Assembly (NCBI GenBank): GCA_016839555.1
Contig: JAEOUA010000003.1
Span: 224,001 to 288,000, forward strand
From: Promethearchaeota archaeon
GTDB taxonomy: Archaea > Asgardarchaeota > Lokiarchaeia > Sigyniarchaeales > SOKP01
Direction: 5' to 3'
Length of the DNA: 64,000 nt
Translations under genes and position numbers: made by a program
The notes under the pieces: model-generated
What the model was told of the DNA's origin: nothing
The model's input: the letters and a program-made list of their open reading frames with translations, nothing else
Databases searched by the model: none
Shown here: in pieces, positions 20,446 through 29,599 of the stretch
Position numbering within the stretch: position 1 is the first letter of the stretch
How the letters are laid out: every line of letters begins with the position of its first letter

Positions 20446-21750
20446 CTACTTAAAAGGATTCTTACCTCCTAAGATTTTTTCCTGATATTTTTTTAAGGAA
20501 GGAGGACATAGTCCTTTTTCTGTTGCGATTTTTTTAAGGTTTTTCATCATTTCCGCTAAATCAACTCCTGAAGGGCACCAATTAGTACAATTACTACAGC
20601 CAGTGCATAAAAATAATCCATCTTTTACAGCTTCCTCTATTCCATTATGAATATAATCGCGTACGATATTTAGGCCCCCAATACCATATTTAGAAGCATA
20701 GACATTTCCAAAAGCCCGAGAAGCGGTACAAACAAAATCACAAGATTTACAGGAAATACATTTTAACATATCTTTATAGAAAAGATCTTCTTTCGCCGCT
20801 TTAGTTCTCCAATCATCTACTAGAATTACCACAACTTCCTTAGCACCATACATTCCAAAAACTCGAGTGCCTCGAATATCTGAAGTTCCAGAAGGAGCTG
20901 TAATAACACTAATATAACCTGCATCGACGTTTGTAATTCTTTCTTGAATCTTACCCACCATAAATGCATCATATTCATCGGGTACAATCTTTGAAATTCC
21001 CGCTACCACGATATGTTTATCCACGGCTCTTGTCAATAGACTAATGTTTCCTTCATTTTCAAGTAAAAAAATAGTTCCGTCATGAGCAGAAATAGCGTTT
21101 GCGGATGTTAAAGATATTTTTACATCATTAAGTAATTCTGGTCGATAATTCTCTCTATAAAATTGTACAATTTTCTCTGGATCTGGTTCCAGTTCTACTC
21201 CATATTTTTCTTTTATTTTCGCAACGATTTCTTCTTCAGAAAATTGAACACCTGGAGCTAAAGTAAAGCTGGGATATTCATATTCAAATAGTTGACATAG
21301 TACATCTCCAAGATCTGTTTCTTTTATTTCAATATTATTTTCTTTCAAAACATCCATAATTCCAATATCTTTAGCTTCGAGAGATTTTGATTTGTAAATG
21401 ATCTTCGCATCTCCTAATTCTTTCATAAAGGCTTCTTGTGCTTCTTCATTAGTCTTGGCATAATAAACTTTAAATTTATTGGTTTTTTCCATAACATTGA
21501 TACATTTTTCAACATATTCATCTATATTTTCTACAAATTTTTCTTTTGCTTCAATTATAGCTGGTTTATATTTTTCTATATATTCTCTGCTGGTATCTTC
21601 ATATAAATATCGTAAATCATATGATCTATATTTTCCAAGGCAAGCCAATCTCCAAATTTCCGCGAATTTTGCATATTCTGAGTCTTTATCTTTTAGAGCT
21701 TCTATTTTCTGTTGTACATGTTCATATAATTCTTTTCCTTTTTCACTCAT
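20446..21750 (-). CDS. LUD-domain [4Fe-4S] protein (LutB/LldF-like)
   Basis: KSKS, ETDLG, ENEGN, GISKIVP, ITAPS.T.DI, CISCKSCDFVC, CTGCSNCTNWCP. Confidence 0.85.
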   Translation of the reverse strand: MSEKGKELYEHVQQKIEALKDKDSEYAKFAEIWRLACLGKYRSYDLRYLYEDTSREYIEKYKPAIIEAKEKFVENIDEYVEKCINVMEKTNKFKVYYAKTNEEAQEAFMKELGDAKIIYKSKSLEAKDIGIMDVLKENNIEIKETDLGDVLCQLFEYEYPSFTLAPGVQFSEEEIVAKIKEKYGVELEPDPEKIVQFYRENYRPELLNDVKISLTSANAISAHDGTIFLLENEGNISLLTRAVDKHIVVAGISKIVPDEYDAFMVGKIQERITNVDAGYISVITAPSGTSDIRGTRVFGMYGAKEVVVILVDDWRTKAAKEDLFYKDMLKCISCKSCDFVCTASRAFGNVYASKYGIGGLNIVRDYIHNGIEEAVKDGLFLCTGCSNCTNWCPSGVDLAEMMKNLKKIATEKGLCPPSLKKYQEKILGGKNPFK

Positions 21751-22486
21751 TCAAGGGATCAACTCCATTTATTATTTTCATTAGAAAATCTTCAAATTTC
21801 AAAACAGGTTTCTTAATATTATTTTCATTTTTTATTCGTTTAAATGCGGTATAACAAAATGGACAAGCTGTTAGAAGGATTTTACCTCTTCTCATTTGAT
21901 CAAAAATCGTTTTGGTGTTATAATCACTATTTTCTTTAAATATAGAATATACTCCTCCTCCCGATCCGCAACAAATACTATTTAATTTATTGTTTTCCAT
22001 TTCATGAAGTTTTATATTCTTGATTGATTCAATAATTTTCCTAGGTTCGTCTATAATTGGAACAACCGCATTTCGCAGATGGCATCCATCATGATAACAA
22101 ACATACATTTTTTTTCCATCATATTTTAGATTTAATTTGCTTAAATTCTCTGGTTTTGCTAAAAATTGTAATAAATGTTCAACATCCACTTTAAAATTAT
22201 CTCCTAAAAGTTTAGGGTAATATCTTGTTAAATATTGATAACAACCAGCACAAATTGTAGTAATTTTATCTATATCATTTTCTTGAAACCAAGTATTAAC
22301 AAAATCCGCATGTTTTTTCATTTCCTCTTCTTTTGTAATATGGTAAGCGAGAGCGCCACAACATGGAACCTCTTCTAGCACTTCATATTCTTCATCAATT
22401 AAATTTATTAATTTAATACCATTTTCACAGGTATCTTTATATTTTGAGGAGCTGAGACACCCTAAATAAATCAATTTTCTTCCCAT
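21743..22486 (-). CDS. CCG-domain Fe-S protein (LutA/GlcF-like)
   Basis: YLGC, PCCG, CAGC, YHDGCHL, CCGSGGG, TACPFC; overlaps the LUD gene by 8 nt. Confidence 0.85.
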   Translation of the reverse strand: MGRKLIYLGCLSSSKYKDTCENGIKLINLIDEEYEVLEEVPCCGALAYHITKEEEMKKHADFVNTWFQENDIDKITTICAGCYQYLTRYYPKLLGDNFKVDVEHLLQFLAKPENLSKLNLKYDGKKMYVCYHDGCHLRNAVVPIIDEPRKIIESIKNIKLHEMENNKLNSICCGSGGGVYSIFKENSDYNTKTIFDQMRRGKILLTACPFCYTAFKRIKNENNIKKPVLKFEDFLMKIINGVDPLNE

Positions 22487-22868
22487 CTAAAAATTCACTT
22501 TTTATTTTTTTAAACTATTTCTAATTAATAATTTAACTCAGATTCTTATAATTATAAATTTTATATAACTTTCATCATTTAGGTTGATAATATTAATTTA
22601 AAGATCAAATTTCCACTGCTATAGATAATATTTTAAAGATTTAATAAGAAATAGAAAAAGATTAACCATTTCTTCGGTTTAATGATAATTCTTATTTAAG
22701 ATATGGGTTATTATTTGAACAAATATTAATAAATCTCTGTGATTAGAAAATATAAAAGTAAACAATTTTATTATGAATTAATTAAAAATTAATAAAATAA
22801 AAAGTAAAAATTTCGAATTAAAACAATATATTTTCAAATCATTAGAAAATTGATGGAGCTGAAATAAT

Positions 22869-23150
22869 ATTCCAAAATTAATTGAAAATAAAGAAAAAAA
22901 TTTTACTCTTTTCCTCAATAAACAGAGATGTGGGGGATGTAATGCTTGCATATCGTTATGTCCAACTGGAATTCTTGAACAGGGTGAAGAATTAAATGTG
23001 CGTATAGCATATGTCCCTAGAGTTAAAGAGGGAAAAGAGAAATATTGTACTGGTTGCAGAAGATGTGAATTTGGTTGTCCCGATTGGGCAATTTATATAT
23101 TAAAAATTAAAGAAGAAAATCAACAAGAGCCTGAAAAGGCTCAAACATAA
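22869..23150 (+). CDS. 2x[4Fe-4S] ferredoxin, delta subunit of 2-oxoacid:ferredoxin oxidoreductase (absent from ORF track; probable ATT start)
   Basis: Manual translation: IPKLIENKEKNFTLFLNKQRCGGCNACISLCPTGIL...YCTGCRRCEFGCPDWAIYI...EKAQT*; no ATG/GTG/TTG between the upstream in-frame TGA (22860-22862) and the first cluster motif; GGAG at 22855-22858. Confidence 0.88.
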   Translation: MPKLIENKEKNFTLFLNKQRCGGCNACISLCPTGILEQGEELNVRIAYVPRVKEGKEKYCTGCRRCEFGCPDWAIYILKIKEENQQEPEKAQT

Positions 23151-23154
23151 TGAG

Positions 23155-24336
23155 GTGAATAAATTGAGTATTGAAGAAGAGAAGCGATTTTTATCACCTG
23201 GAAAACATTTAATGATGGGGAATGAAGCGATGAGTGAAGGAGCAATAACCGCAGGACTTAAATTTTTCGGGGGATATCCAATCACTCCTAGTACTGAGGT
23301 AATTGAGCATTTGGCTAAACGATTACCGGAAGTAGGTGGATGTTGCATGCAAATGGAGGATGAACTTGCATCAATTAATTCAGTTATAGGAGCATCTCTG
23401 GTTGGGGTAAAGGCTATGACAGCAACTTCTGGTCCTGGATTGTCTTTAATGGCCGAGACTATTTCCATGGCAGCCAATTTAGAGGTTCCCTTTGTATTCT
23501 GTGATGTGCAAAGAAATGGTCCGGGGACTGGTTATGTGACTGAACCACACCATAATGATATTGGATTTATTAGATTTTCAGGTAATGGAGAATTTCAAGT
23601 TATTGCTTTAGCTCCCATGACATGTCAAGAATTATTTGATTTAACAATTACAGCATTTAATTTTGCAGAAACATATCGTTGCCCTGTTTTTATACTCTCC
23701 GATGCCTATTTAGGTCATTTACATGAAGTTGTAAATGTTCCTTCTAAAGAAGAATTGCAAAAAAGAATTATTGAGAGAAAATTGCCAGAAGATACCTCGG
23801 GAAGAATGTTTTCTTATCAAGACAATGTATCGGGTGAATATATAATTCCAAAACCTCCACAAATGGGAACAGAATATTGTCCAGGATTATTTCTTCATCA
23901 ACCACATGGTCCGGACGGATTACCAACCCCAAAACCAATGGAGTTTATACAAGTTATTATGGAGAAAATAAACACAAATAAAGATAAAATATGTCTCATA
24001 GATAAGTATTTGTTAGATGATGCAGAAATAGTTATTATTTCATATGGATTACCTGTGAGAGCAAGCTATCGCGCAGTGGATATTGCCCGAAAGGAAGGAA
24101 TAAAGGTTGGGATTTTTAGATTAATTACTGTATGGCCGTTTCCCGAAGAAAAAGTGAGAGAAATTGTAAAAAATGCAAAAGCTGTAATTGTACCTGAACT
24201 AAATTATACAGGCTATATTGCAGAACAAATAGAAAGAGTCACTAATATTGAAACCCCAGTGATTAAAATTCCGAATGTATGTGAATTTCATCATCCAGAT
24301 CTAATTCTTAAACATATAAAGGAGGTGGCAAAATAA
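23155..24336 (+). CDS. 2-oxoacid:ferredoxin oxidoreductase alpha subunit
   Basis: GNEA, GYPITPSTE, QMEDELAS, TATSGPG.SLMAE; start GTG 23155 or TTG 23164 (after GAGGTGA). Confidence 0.93.
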   Translation: MNKLSIEEEKRFLSPGKHLMMGNEAMSEGAITAGLKFFGGYPITPSTEVIEHLAKRLPEVGGCCMQMEDELASINSVIGASLVGVKAMTATSGPGLSLMAETISMAANLEVPFVFCDVQRNGPGTGYVTEPHHNDIGFIRFSGNGEFQVIALAPMTCQELFDLTITAFNFAETYRCPVFILSDAYLGHLHEVVNVPSKEELQKRIIERKLPEDTSGRMFSYQDNVSGEYIIPKPPQMGTEYCPGLFLHQPHGPDGLPTPKPMEFIQVIMEKINTNKDKICLIDKYLLDDAEIVIISYGLPVRASYRAVDIARKEGIKVGIFRLITVWPFPEEKVREIVKNAKAVIVPELNYTGYIAEQIERVTNIETPVIKIPNVCEFHHPDLILKHIKEVAK

Positions 24337-24337
24337 A

Positions 24338-25261
24338 ATGTCTGGTATAGGTCCAATGTATCCTCAAGAAAAACCAGAACATCCGTATTTAGATAAATCA
24401 TATGCAGGATATTTAATTGGTAATTATTCTTCACGATTTTGTGCAGGATGTGGCTATGGAATTATTGCACAACTCTATACCCGAACCTTTGAAGATGAAG
24501 GATTAGATCCTAAGAAATTTCCTTTAATTGTAGGGATAGGTTGCTATAGTCAGATAATGTTACTGGTCCATTATTCTGCACAGAAGGTTCTAACTTTGCA
24601 TGGTAGAGCACCAGCAATTGCTACTGGGATAAAGATGGGAAATCCAGAAATGAAACCAATCATTTTTTCAGGTGACGGGGATGCATTAGGAATAGGAGGA
24701 AATCATTTCATACATTTATGCAGAAGAAACTTGGATGCTGTTATATTTATTTTTAATAATAGCATATATGCTATGACAGGAGGACAAGGAGCACCTACAA
24801 CGCTTTGGGGAGCAGAGAGTACCACGACTCCCTATAAGATGTTTGAAAATCGTATAGATGGAGTAGATTTAGCACTAGCTGCTGGTGCTACCTATGTTGC
24901 ACGTACTACCGTAGCTCATCCAAGAACATTCATGAAATATTTCAAAAAAGGTTTAAATCATAAAGGTACATCAGTTATTGAAGTTATTGTACCTTGTGTG
25001 ACCTATTTTGGCAGAAAAAATGTCAATACTTTGGGATCTGAATATTCTGAATTACAAGAAGAAGCTGAAAAGATGGAGACCGCAGGAAAGATGATAGATT
25101 GGATAAAGAAAAACACAGTAAGAATAAATCAAGCACAATTTATGACTGAAAAAGAGTTATTTAATAAATATATAATAGGTGAATTTCGTTATGATCCTGA
25201 TAAACCAGAATATTCCGATCAATATAATAGTATTATAAAAATCGCACAAGGAAGGGAATAA
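24338..25261 (+). CDS. 2-oxoacid:ferredoxin oxidoreductase beta subunit (TPP-binding)
   Basis: FCAGCG, GIGC, LHGRA, GDGD...IGGNH, NN..YAMTGGQ. Confidence 0.93.
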   Translation: MSGIGPMYPQEKPEHPYLDKSYAGYLIGNYSSRFCAGCGYGIIAQLYTRTFEDEGLDPKKFPLIVGIGCYSQIMLLVHYSAQKVLTLHGRAPAIATGIKMGNPEMKPIIFSGDGDALGIGGNHFIHLCRRNLDAVIFIFNNSIYAMTGGQGAPTTLWGAESTTTPYKMFENRIDGVDLALAAGATYVARTTVAHPRTFMKYFKKGLNHKGTSVIEVIVPCVTYFGRKNVNTLGSEYSELQEEAEKMETAGKMIDWIKKNTVRINQAQFMTEKELFNKYIIGEFRYDPDKPEYSDQYNSIIKIAQGRE

Positions 25262-25263
25262 AC

Positions 25264-25863
25264 ATGGCGAGATATGAAATTCGTATTGTAGGATTTGGAG
25301 GGCAAGGTGTTATTACATTAAGTAAAATGATAATAACAGCATCTTCTCTTTATGATGGATTAGCCGCAACTCAAACAGAAGCCTATAGCGCTGCCGCAAG
25401 AGGAGGAAAATGTTGGGCAGAAATAGTGGTAGATTTGGACGAAACTCAAAAACTTATTGATTATCCAAAAGCTTTAGAACCTTATGATTTTTTAATCATT
25501 CTCTCAGATGAAGGGGCATCTGATGTAAAGAAAAGTGATTTAAAAAAAGGTAAAAATACAGGATACCTTATTTGGGATACATCAACAATCAAGAAGTTTC
25601 GAACGGCTAAAAGAGTGAAATCTTTTGGTTTTCCAGTTCAAAAAACATCCTTAGAAAAATTTGGTAATACCGTCTTTGGAAATTCCATTCTATTTGGTGC
25701 ATTTACTGCTATTTCAAAAATATTCTCGGAAGATTCAGCTATTAAAACAATTAAGCGTTTTGTACCATCAGGCACACTTGAAACTAATTTAAAAGCGTTT
25801 GAATTAGGAAAAGAAGAAGCAGAAAAATTTCTCATAGAATTAGATGAAAATGGAGGAAAATAA
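25264..25863 (+). CDS. 2-oxoacid:ferredoxin oxidoreductase gamma subunit
   Basis: GFGGQGV, YSAAARGG, NSILFGA, NLKAFELG. Confidence 0.92.
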   Translation: MARYEIRIVGFGGQGVITLSKMIITASSLYDGLAATQTEAYSAAARGGKCWAEIVVDLDETQKLIDYPKALEPYDFLIILSDEGASDVKKSDLKKGKNTGYLIWDTSTIKKFRTAKRVKSFGFPVQKTSLEKFGNTVFGNSILFGAFTAISKIFSEDSAIKTIKRFVPSGTLETNLKAFELGKEEAEKFLIELDENGGK

Positions 25864-25864
25864 A

Positions 25865-27688
25865 ATGTTCTTGAAAAGAATAAAAAAAGGCTGGAAAGAA
25901 TTAGAGACAGAAATAATAGAATCAGGTAAATGTGTTTATTGTGGAGCGTGTGGAGCATTTTGCGCCAATATAAAATTTAATCAGGAGAGGGAGGAACCTT
26001 ATGATGATGGTTCTTGTGAGGAAATGAATACCTGTAGGGATGGTTATGGAGTCTGTTATAATTTATGTCCCAAAACCGGAACTGATATTATCCCTCTGGA
26101 TTTATTGGATAAATGGGTTTTTGAAAAAGAACATGATAAAATTTTAGGTCATTATAAAGATATTTTATCGGTTAAAGTTGAAGATTCTTTTAAACAAAAG
26201 TTTGATGATAACAACGCAGATCCAATAACTGCTCTATTAGCCGTTGCTATGGAAAATAATGAGATCGATTGCGCAATATTAAATAAAACAGATGAATTAT
26301 ATAGACCCGTCCCTTATATAGCAAAGAAAAAGGATGATTTAAAATCGTTTGTAAATAATAACCTAAGTCAAGCACCCACTTTATCTCTGATTGGTGAGGC
26401 AATAAATGAAGGATATGTAAATATTGCTGTTGTTGGAAATCCTTGTCAAATTCAAGGTGTAAGAAAAATTCAAAACCATCCGAGATTTGATTTTGAAGCT
26501 TATGATTTGATTTCTTTAGCCATAGGAACATTTTGTTTTGGAAAATTCCAAAATGAACAATTATCAAAGATTCTTCAAGAACATGATATCGATCGAAAAA
26601 ATATTAGAAAAACAGAAAAAGATGAAAACAATTTCAAAATAAGGATTATTACAAATAATGGAACAAAAGAAATTAGATTGAATCAATTGTATGATAGTTC
26701 CATTCGAAATGCTTGTTTTTCTTGCTCTGATTATACTGCTTCCTTTGCAGATATCTCTGTTGATAGTATTGGAAGTGAAAATGGATGGACCACCGTAATA
26801 ATCAGAACCAAAAAAGGTCAAAGTATTTTTGTTTCTGCAGTAAAGAAAGGATATTTCAAAACAAAAGAGTTGGAGCAAGATAAGAGGGAATTAATATTAG
26901 ATATTACCAGAGCGAGTGTTGATATCGTAGAAATTGAGGATATAATAGAGCATTCCCCCAATATTAAGAGTTTTTGGATCCGAAATCCCCGAATAGCAAA
27001 AGCTTATAGACCAGGAAATTTTGTAATTCTCTGGATACCAGATGTTGATTTCTTGCCAATGTCTATTTCGAATGTTAAAGGAAGTCTTTTAGAAATAACA
27101 GTTGAGAGAATAGGAGAAGGAACCTCAAAATTATTTGATATGAAGAAAGATGATAAACTAGGAATACGAGGACCCTTTGGAAATAGTTGGAATTATGAAG
27201 ATGCTTCAAATATCCTTGTAATTGGAGGAGGATTAGGAGTTCCTGCTCTATCAACGGTGATCCAACCATTAAAATTAAACAATAAGAATGTTTTTGTAGC
27301 TATCGGAGCAAAAAATCAAGCATCATTACTGTTTGAAGAAAGATTTAAAGAATTGATACCAAATACTTTATGTACTACAGATGATGGTTCTGTTGGTAGA
27401 AAATGCTATGTTACCGATCCAATTGAAGAAATAATTGATCAAAATAACATAGATCTCATTTTAACTTGTGGACCAGAAGTTATGATGAAAAAAATATTAG
27501 AAATAGCAAATAGGAAAGGAATTGAAATACAAGCATCATTAGAAAGGAAAATGAAGTGTGGTGTAGGATTATGCGGATCTTGTTGTATAGGAGTGAAAAA
27601 TGATATAACTGTTTGTAAAGATGGTCCTATTTTCAATTCAGAACAATTAAATAGCTTTCCACAATTTGGCACATACAAGAAGGAATAA
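25865..27688 (+). CDS. Fusion of FrhB/FdhB-like (F420 hydrogenase beta) domain and PyrK-like FAD/NAD/[2Fe-2S] electron-transfer domain
   Basis: CVYCGACGAFC, VGNPCQ, IGTFC, ACFSCSDY..ADIS..GW; then RGPFGN, GGGLG, TDDGS, CGPE.MM, CGVGLCGSC, VCKDGP. Start placed at ATG 25865 after GGAGG (track gives 25844). Confidence 0.88.
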   Translation: MFLKRIKKGWKELETEIIESGKCVYCGACGAFCANIKFNQEREEPYDDGSCEEMNTCRDGYGVCYNLCPKTGTDIIPLDLLDKWVFEKEHDKILGHYKDILSVKVEDSFKQKFDDNNADPITALLAVAMENNEIDCAILNKTDELYRPVPYIAKKKDDLKSFVNNNLSQAPTLSLIGEAINEGYVNIAVVGNPCQIQGVRKIQNHPRFDFEAYDLISLAIGTFCFGKFQNEQLSKILQEHDIDRKNIRKTEKDENNFKIRIITNNGTKEIRLNQLYDSSIRNACFSCSDYTASFADISVDSIGSENGWTTVIIRTKKGQSIFVSAVKKGYFKTKELEQDKRELILDITRASVDIVEIEDIIEHSPNIKSFWIRNPRIAKAYRPGNFVILWIPDVDFLPMSISNVKGSLLEITVERIGEGTSKLFDMKKDDKLGIRGPFGNSWNYEDASNILVIGGGLGVPALSTVIQPLKLNNKNVFVAIGAKNQASLLFEERFKELIPNTLCTTDDGSVGRKCYVTDPIEEIIDQNNIDLILTCGPEVMMKKILEIANRKGIEIQASLERKMKCGVGLCGSCCIGVKNDITVCKDGPIFNSEQLNSFPQFGTYKKE

Positions 27689-27958
27689 TTTTTTTTCTTT
27701 ATTTTATTATTAGGTTCAATGATGAGTTTTCCCGAGGGATAATCAAAAACAATCATTTGATAAAGCATTATCAAAAACGTAATAAAATCATCATAATTTA
27801 AATTTATTTAATAATAAAATATGAATTCATGAAAAAAATTGAAAATTATCATTTAAAGATCAAGAAATTAAATTCTTTTAGCCTACCCCGTCAATTTTAA
27901 TAATTCTTAAATATTTCTTAAATTATTATTTCCTAACTTCTAAAAGGAATGAATTATC

Positions 27959-29041
27959 ATGGATGATAATTGGAAAAATGAAATTCCAACTCCTGCTCTT
28001 GTTTTAGACTATAATAAAATGATGGAAAATATTAATACCATGGCTAAATTTGCTAAAGAGCATGATATAAACCATAGACCTCACGTCAAAACTCATAAAT
28101 GTCCTATTATTGCCCATTTGCAATTAAAAGCAGGATGTAAGGGGATTACGGTAGCAAAGGTTGGGGAGGCAGAAGTTTTTGCTCAATCGGGAATTGATGA
28201 CATATTTATAGCGAATCAAGTGATCGTTCCAAATCATATAGATAGATTCGCAAAATTAAATAAATATATAAAAATAAGATGTGCCGTTGATTCTCAAAAA
28301 AATATTCTAGACCTGAGCAAAATAGCAGCTCAAAATAATACTACATTAAAAGTGTTTCTTGATATTAATTTGGGATTAGGCAGATCTGGTGTTGAACCGG
28401 GAGAGCCTGCTCTTGAGATGGCTAGATTTATTGAAAAAACACCAAACATAGATTTAGTAGGCCTCATGGGCTATGAAGGTCATCTTACTCCAATGATGAA
28501 TCTAGATCAAAAAGAAAAAATGGCAAATGAATGTTTCAAAAGGATTGTTGATACCAGGGATTTATTAAACGAAAATGGATTTAATATCAAAAACATTACT
28601 ACATCTGGCTCAGGAACATATAGGTATGCGGCGAATTACGAAGGGATTACTGAGATACGCCCTGGTACTTATGTGTTTTCCGATGAACATTTAGATATGG
28701 TCGAAAAAGCGTTTAAAATTGCAGTAACAATATTAGGTACCATACAAAATCAAACTGGAAAAAAAGAATTTACAACTGATGCTGGTGCTAAAGCAATCGC
28801 GACTGGAGATGGGAAACCTGAATTTAAAGATTTTCCCAAATCTAAAATTAGAGTAATGAATGAAGAGCACACTCAATTTAAGGCAATTGGTCTGGATAAA
28901 AATTTGGAAATAGGACAAAAAATTGAATTTTACCCTGCTCACATATGTACTACTATTAATTTACATGACCATATCCACGTGATAAAGGATAATGAGTATG
29001 TCGGAAGATGGGAAATATTAGCAAGAGGTAAAAGTTATTAA
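27959..29041 (+). CDS. DSD1 / D-threonine aldolase family PLP enzyme (alanine racemase fold)
   Basis: TPAL, RPHVKTHK, GYEGH, EIRPGTYVFSD, NEEH, PAHIC. Confidence 0.88.
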   Translation: MDDNWKNEIPTPALVLDYNKMMENINTMAKFAKEHDINHRPHVKTHKCPIIAHLQLKAGCKGITVAKVGEAEVFAQSGIDDIFIANQVIVPNHIDRFAKLNKYIKIRCAVDSQKNILDLSKIAAQNNTTLKVFLDINLGLGRSGVEPGEPALEMARFIEKTPNIDLVGLMGYEGHLTPMMNLDQKEKMANECFKRIVDTRDLLNENGFNIKNITTSGSGTYRYAANYEGITEIRPGTYVFSDEHLDMVEKAFKIAVTILGTIQNQTGKKEFTTDAGAKAIATGDGKPEFKDFPKSKIRVMNEEHTQFKAIGLDKNLEIGQKIEFYPAHICTTINLHDHIHVIKDNEYVGRWEILARGKSY

Positions 29042-29063
29042 TAAGGGAAGTGTTTTAAAAAAT

Positions 29064-29444
29064 ATGGTAGATATTGAATATGTAAATCCCGGAACTCCGG
29101 TTGCTGGACCTTATACACCTGGAGTCCAAGTAGGAAATCTTCTTTTTGTATCAGGTCAGGGTTCTGCACCAGGCATTGATAATATTAAGGATCAGACTAA
29201 CTCGGTACTTGAAAACATCAAAAAGATTGTTGAGGCTGCTGGATGCAGCGTTGCTGATATCGTAAAAACAACCGTTTTTTTAAGCGATATTAAGGATTTT
29301 GGTAAAATGAACCGAACTTATAAGAAATTTTTTGATAATAATGGTGCTGAAGGAAAATATCCAGCTCGAACAACTATCGAAGTAGCAAGCTTACCTGTTC
29401 CTAGCATGTTAATAGAAATTGACGCAATAGCCGTAATAAAATAA
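29064..29444 (+). CDS. ridA: RidA/Rid family enamine deaminase
   Basis: GPYT, LFVSGQ, IVKTTVFL, YPARTT, IEIDAIA. Confidence 0.9.
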   Translation: MVDIEYVNPGTPVAGPYTPGVQVGNLLFVSGQGSAPGIDNIKDQTNSVLENIKKIVEAAGCSVADIVKTTVFLSDIKDFGKMNRTYKKFFDNNGAEGKYPARTTIEVASLPVPSMLIEIDAIAVIK

Positions 29445-29523
29445 TAACTTTTTTTTTAATTTTTTTGATCAATATTTCTTCAATAATCTTAATACCTGCT
29501 CCTTAAAAGAAAAAAAGAACACT

Positions 29524-29589
29524 GCGAGAACAACCGTTCAAGTTGCATATTTACCTGCTACTGGAATGTTAGATGAAATTGAAGTTATA
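29524..29589 (+). pseudogene. Remnant of a second RidA-family gene (C-terminal part only)
   Basis: Translates ARTTVQVAYLPATGMLDEIEVI, colinear with the adjacent RidA tail ARTTIEVASLPVPSMLIEIDAI; no 5' part. Confidence 0.7.
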
Positions 29590-29599
29590 AGATTACAAT

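Noticed and set aside
22851-22868. Selenocysteine read-through of the TGA before the ferredoxin; selenoproteins in general
   Set aside because: Another in-frame TGA lies three codons upstream with no start between; no ORF in the window is split at a Cys-equivalent TGA; no convincing SECIS seen
27439-27774. 111-aa minus-strand ORF
   Set aside because: Mostly antisense to the FrhB-PyrK gene; the unique part is short with no motif
27711-27794. Hammerhead ribozyme resemblance (ATGATGAG...CAAAAAC...GTA)
   Set aside because: Core positions differ from CUGAUGA/GAAA, including the catalytic G12, and stems I and III do not pair
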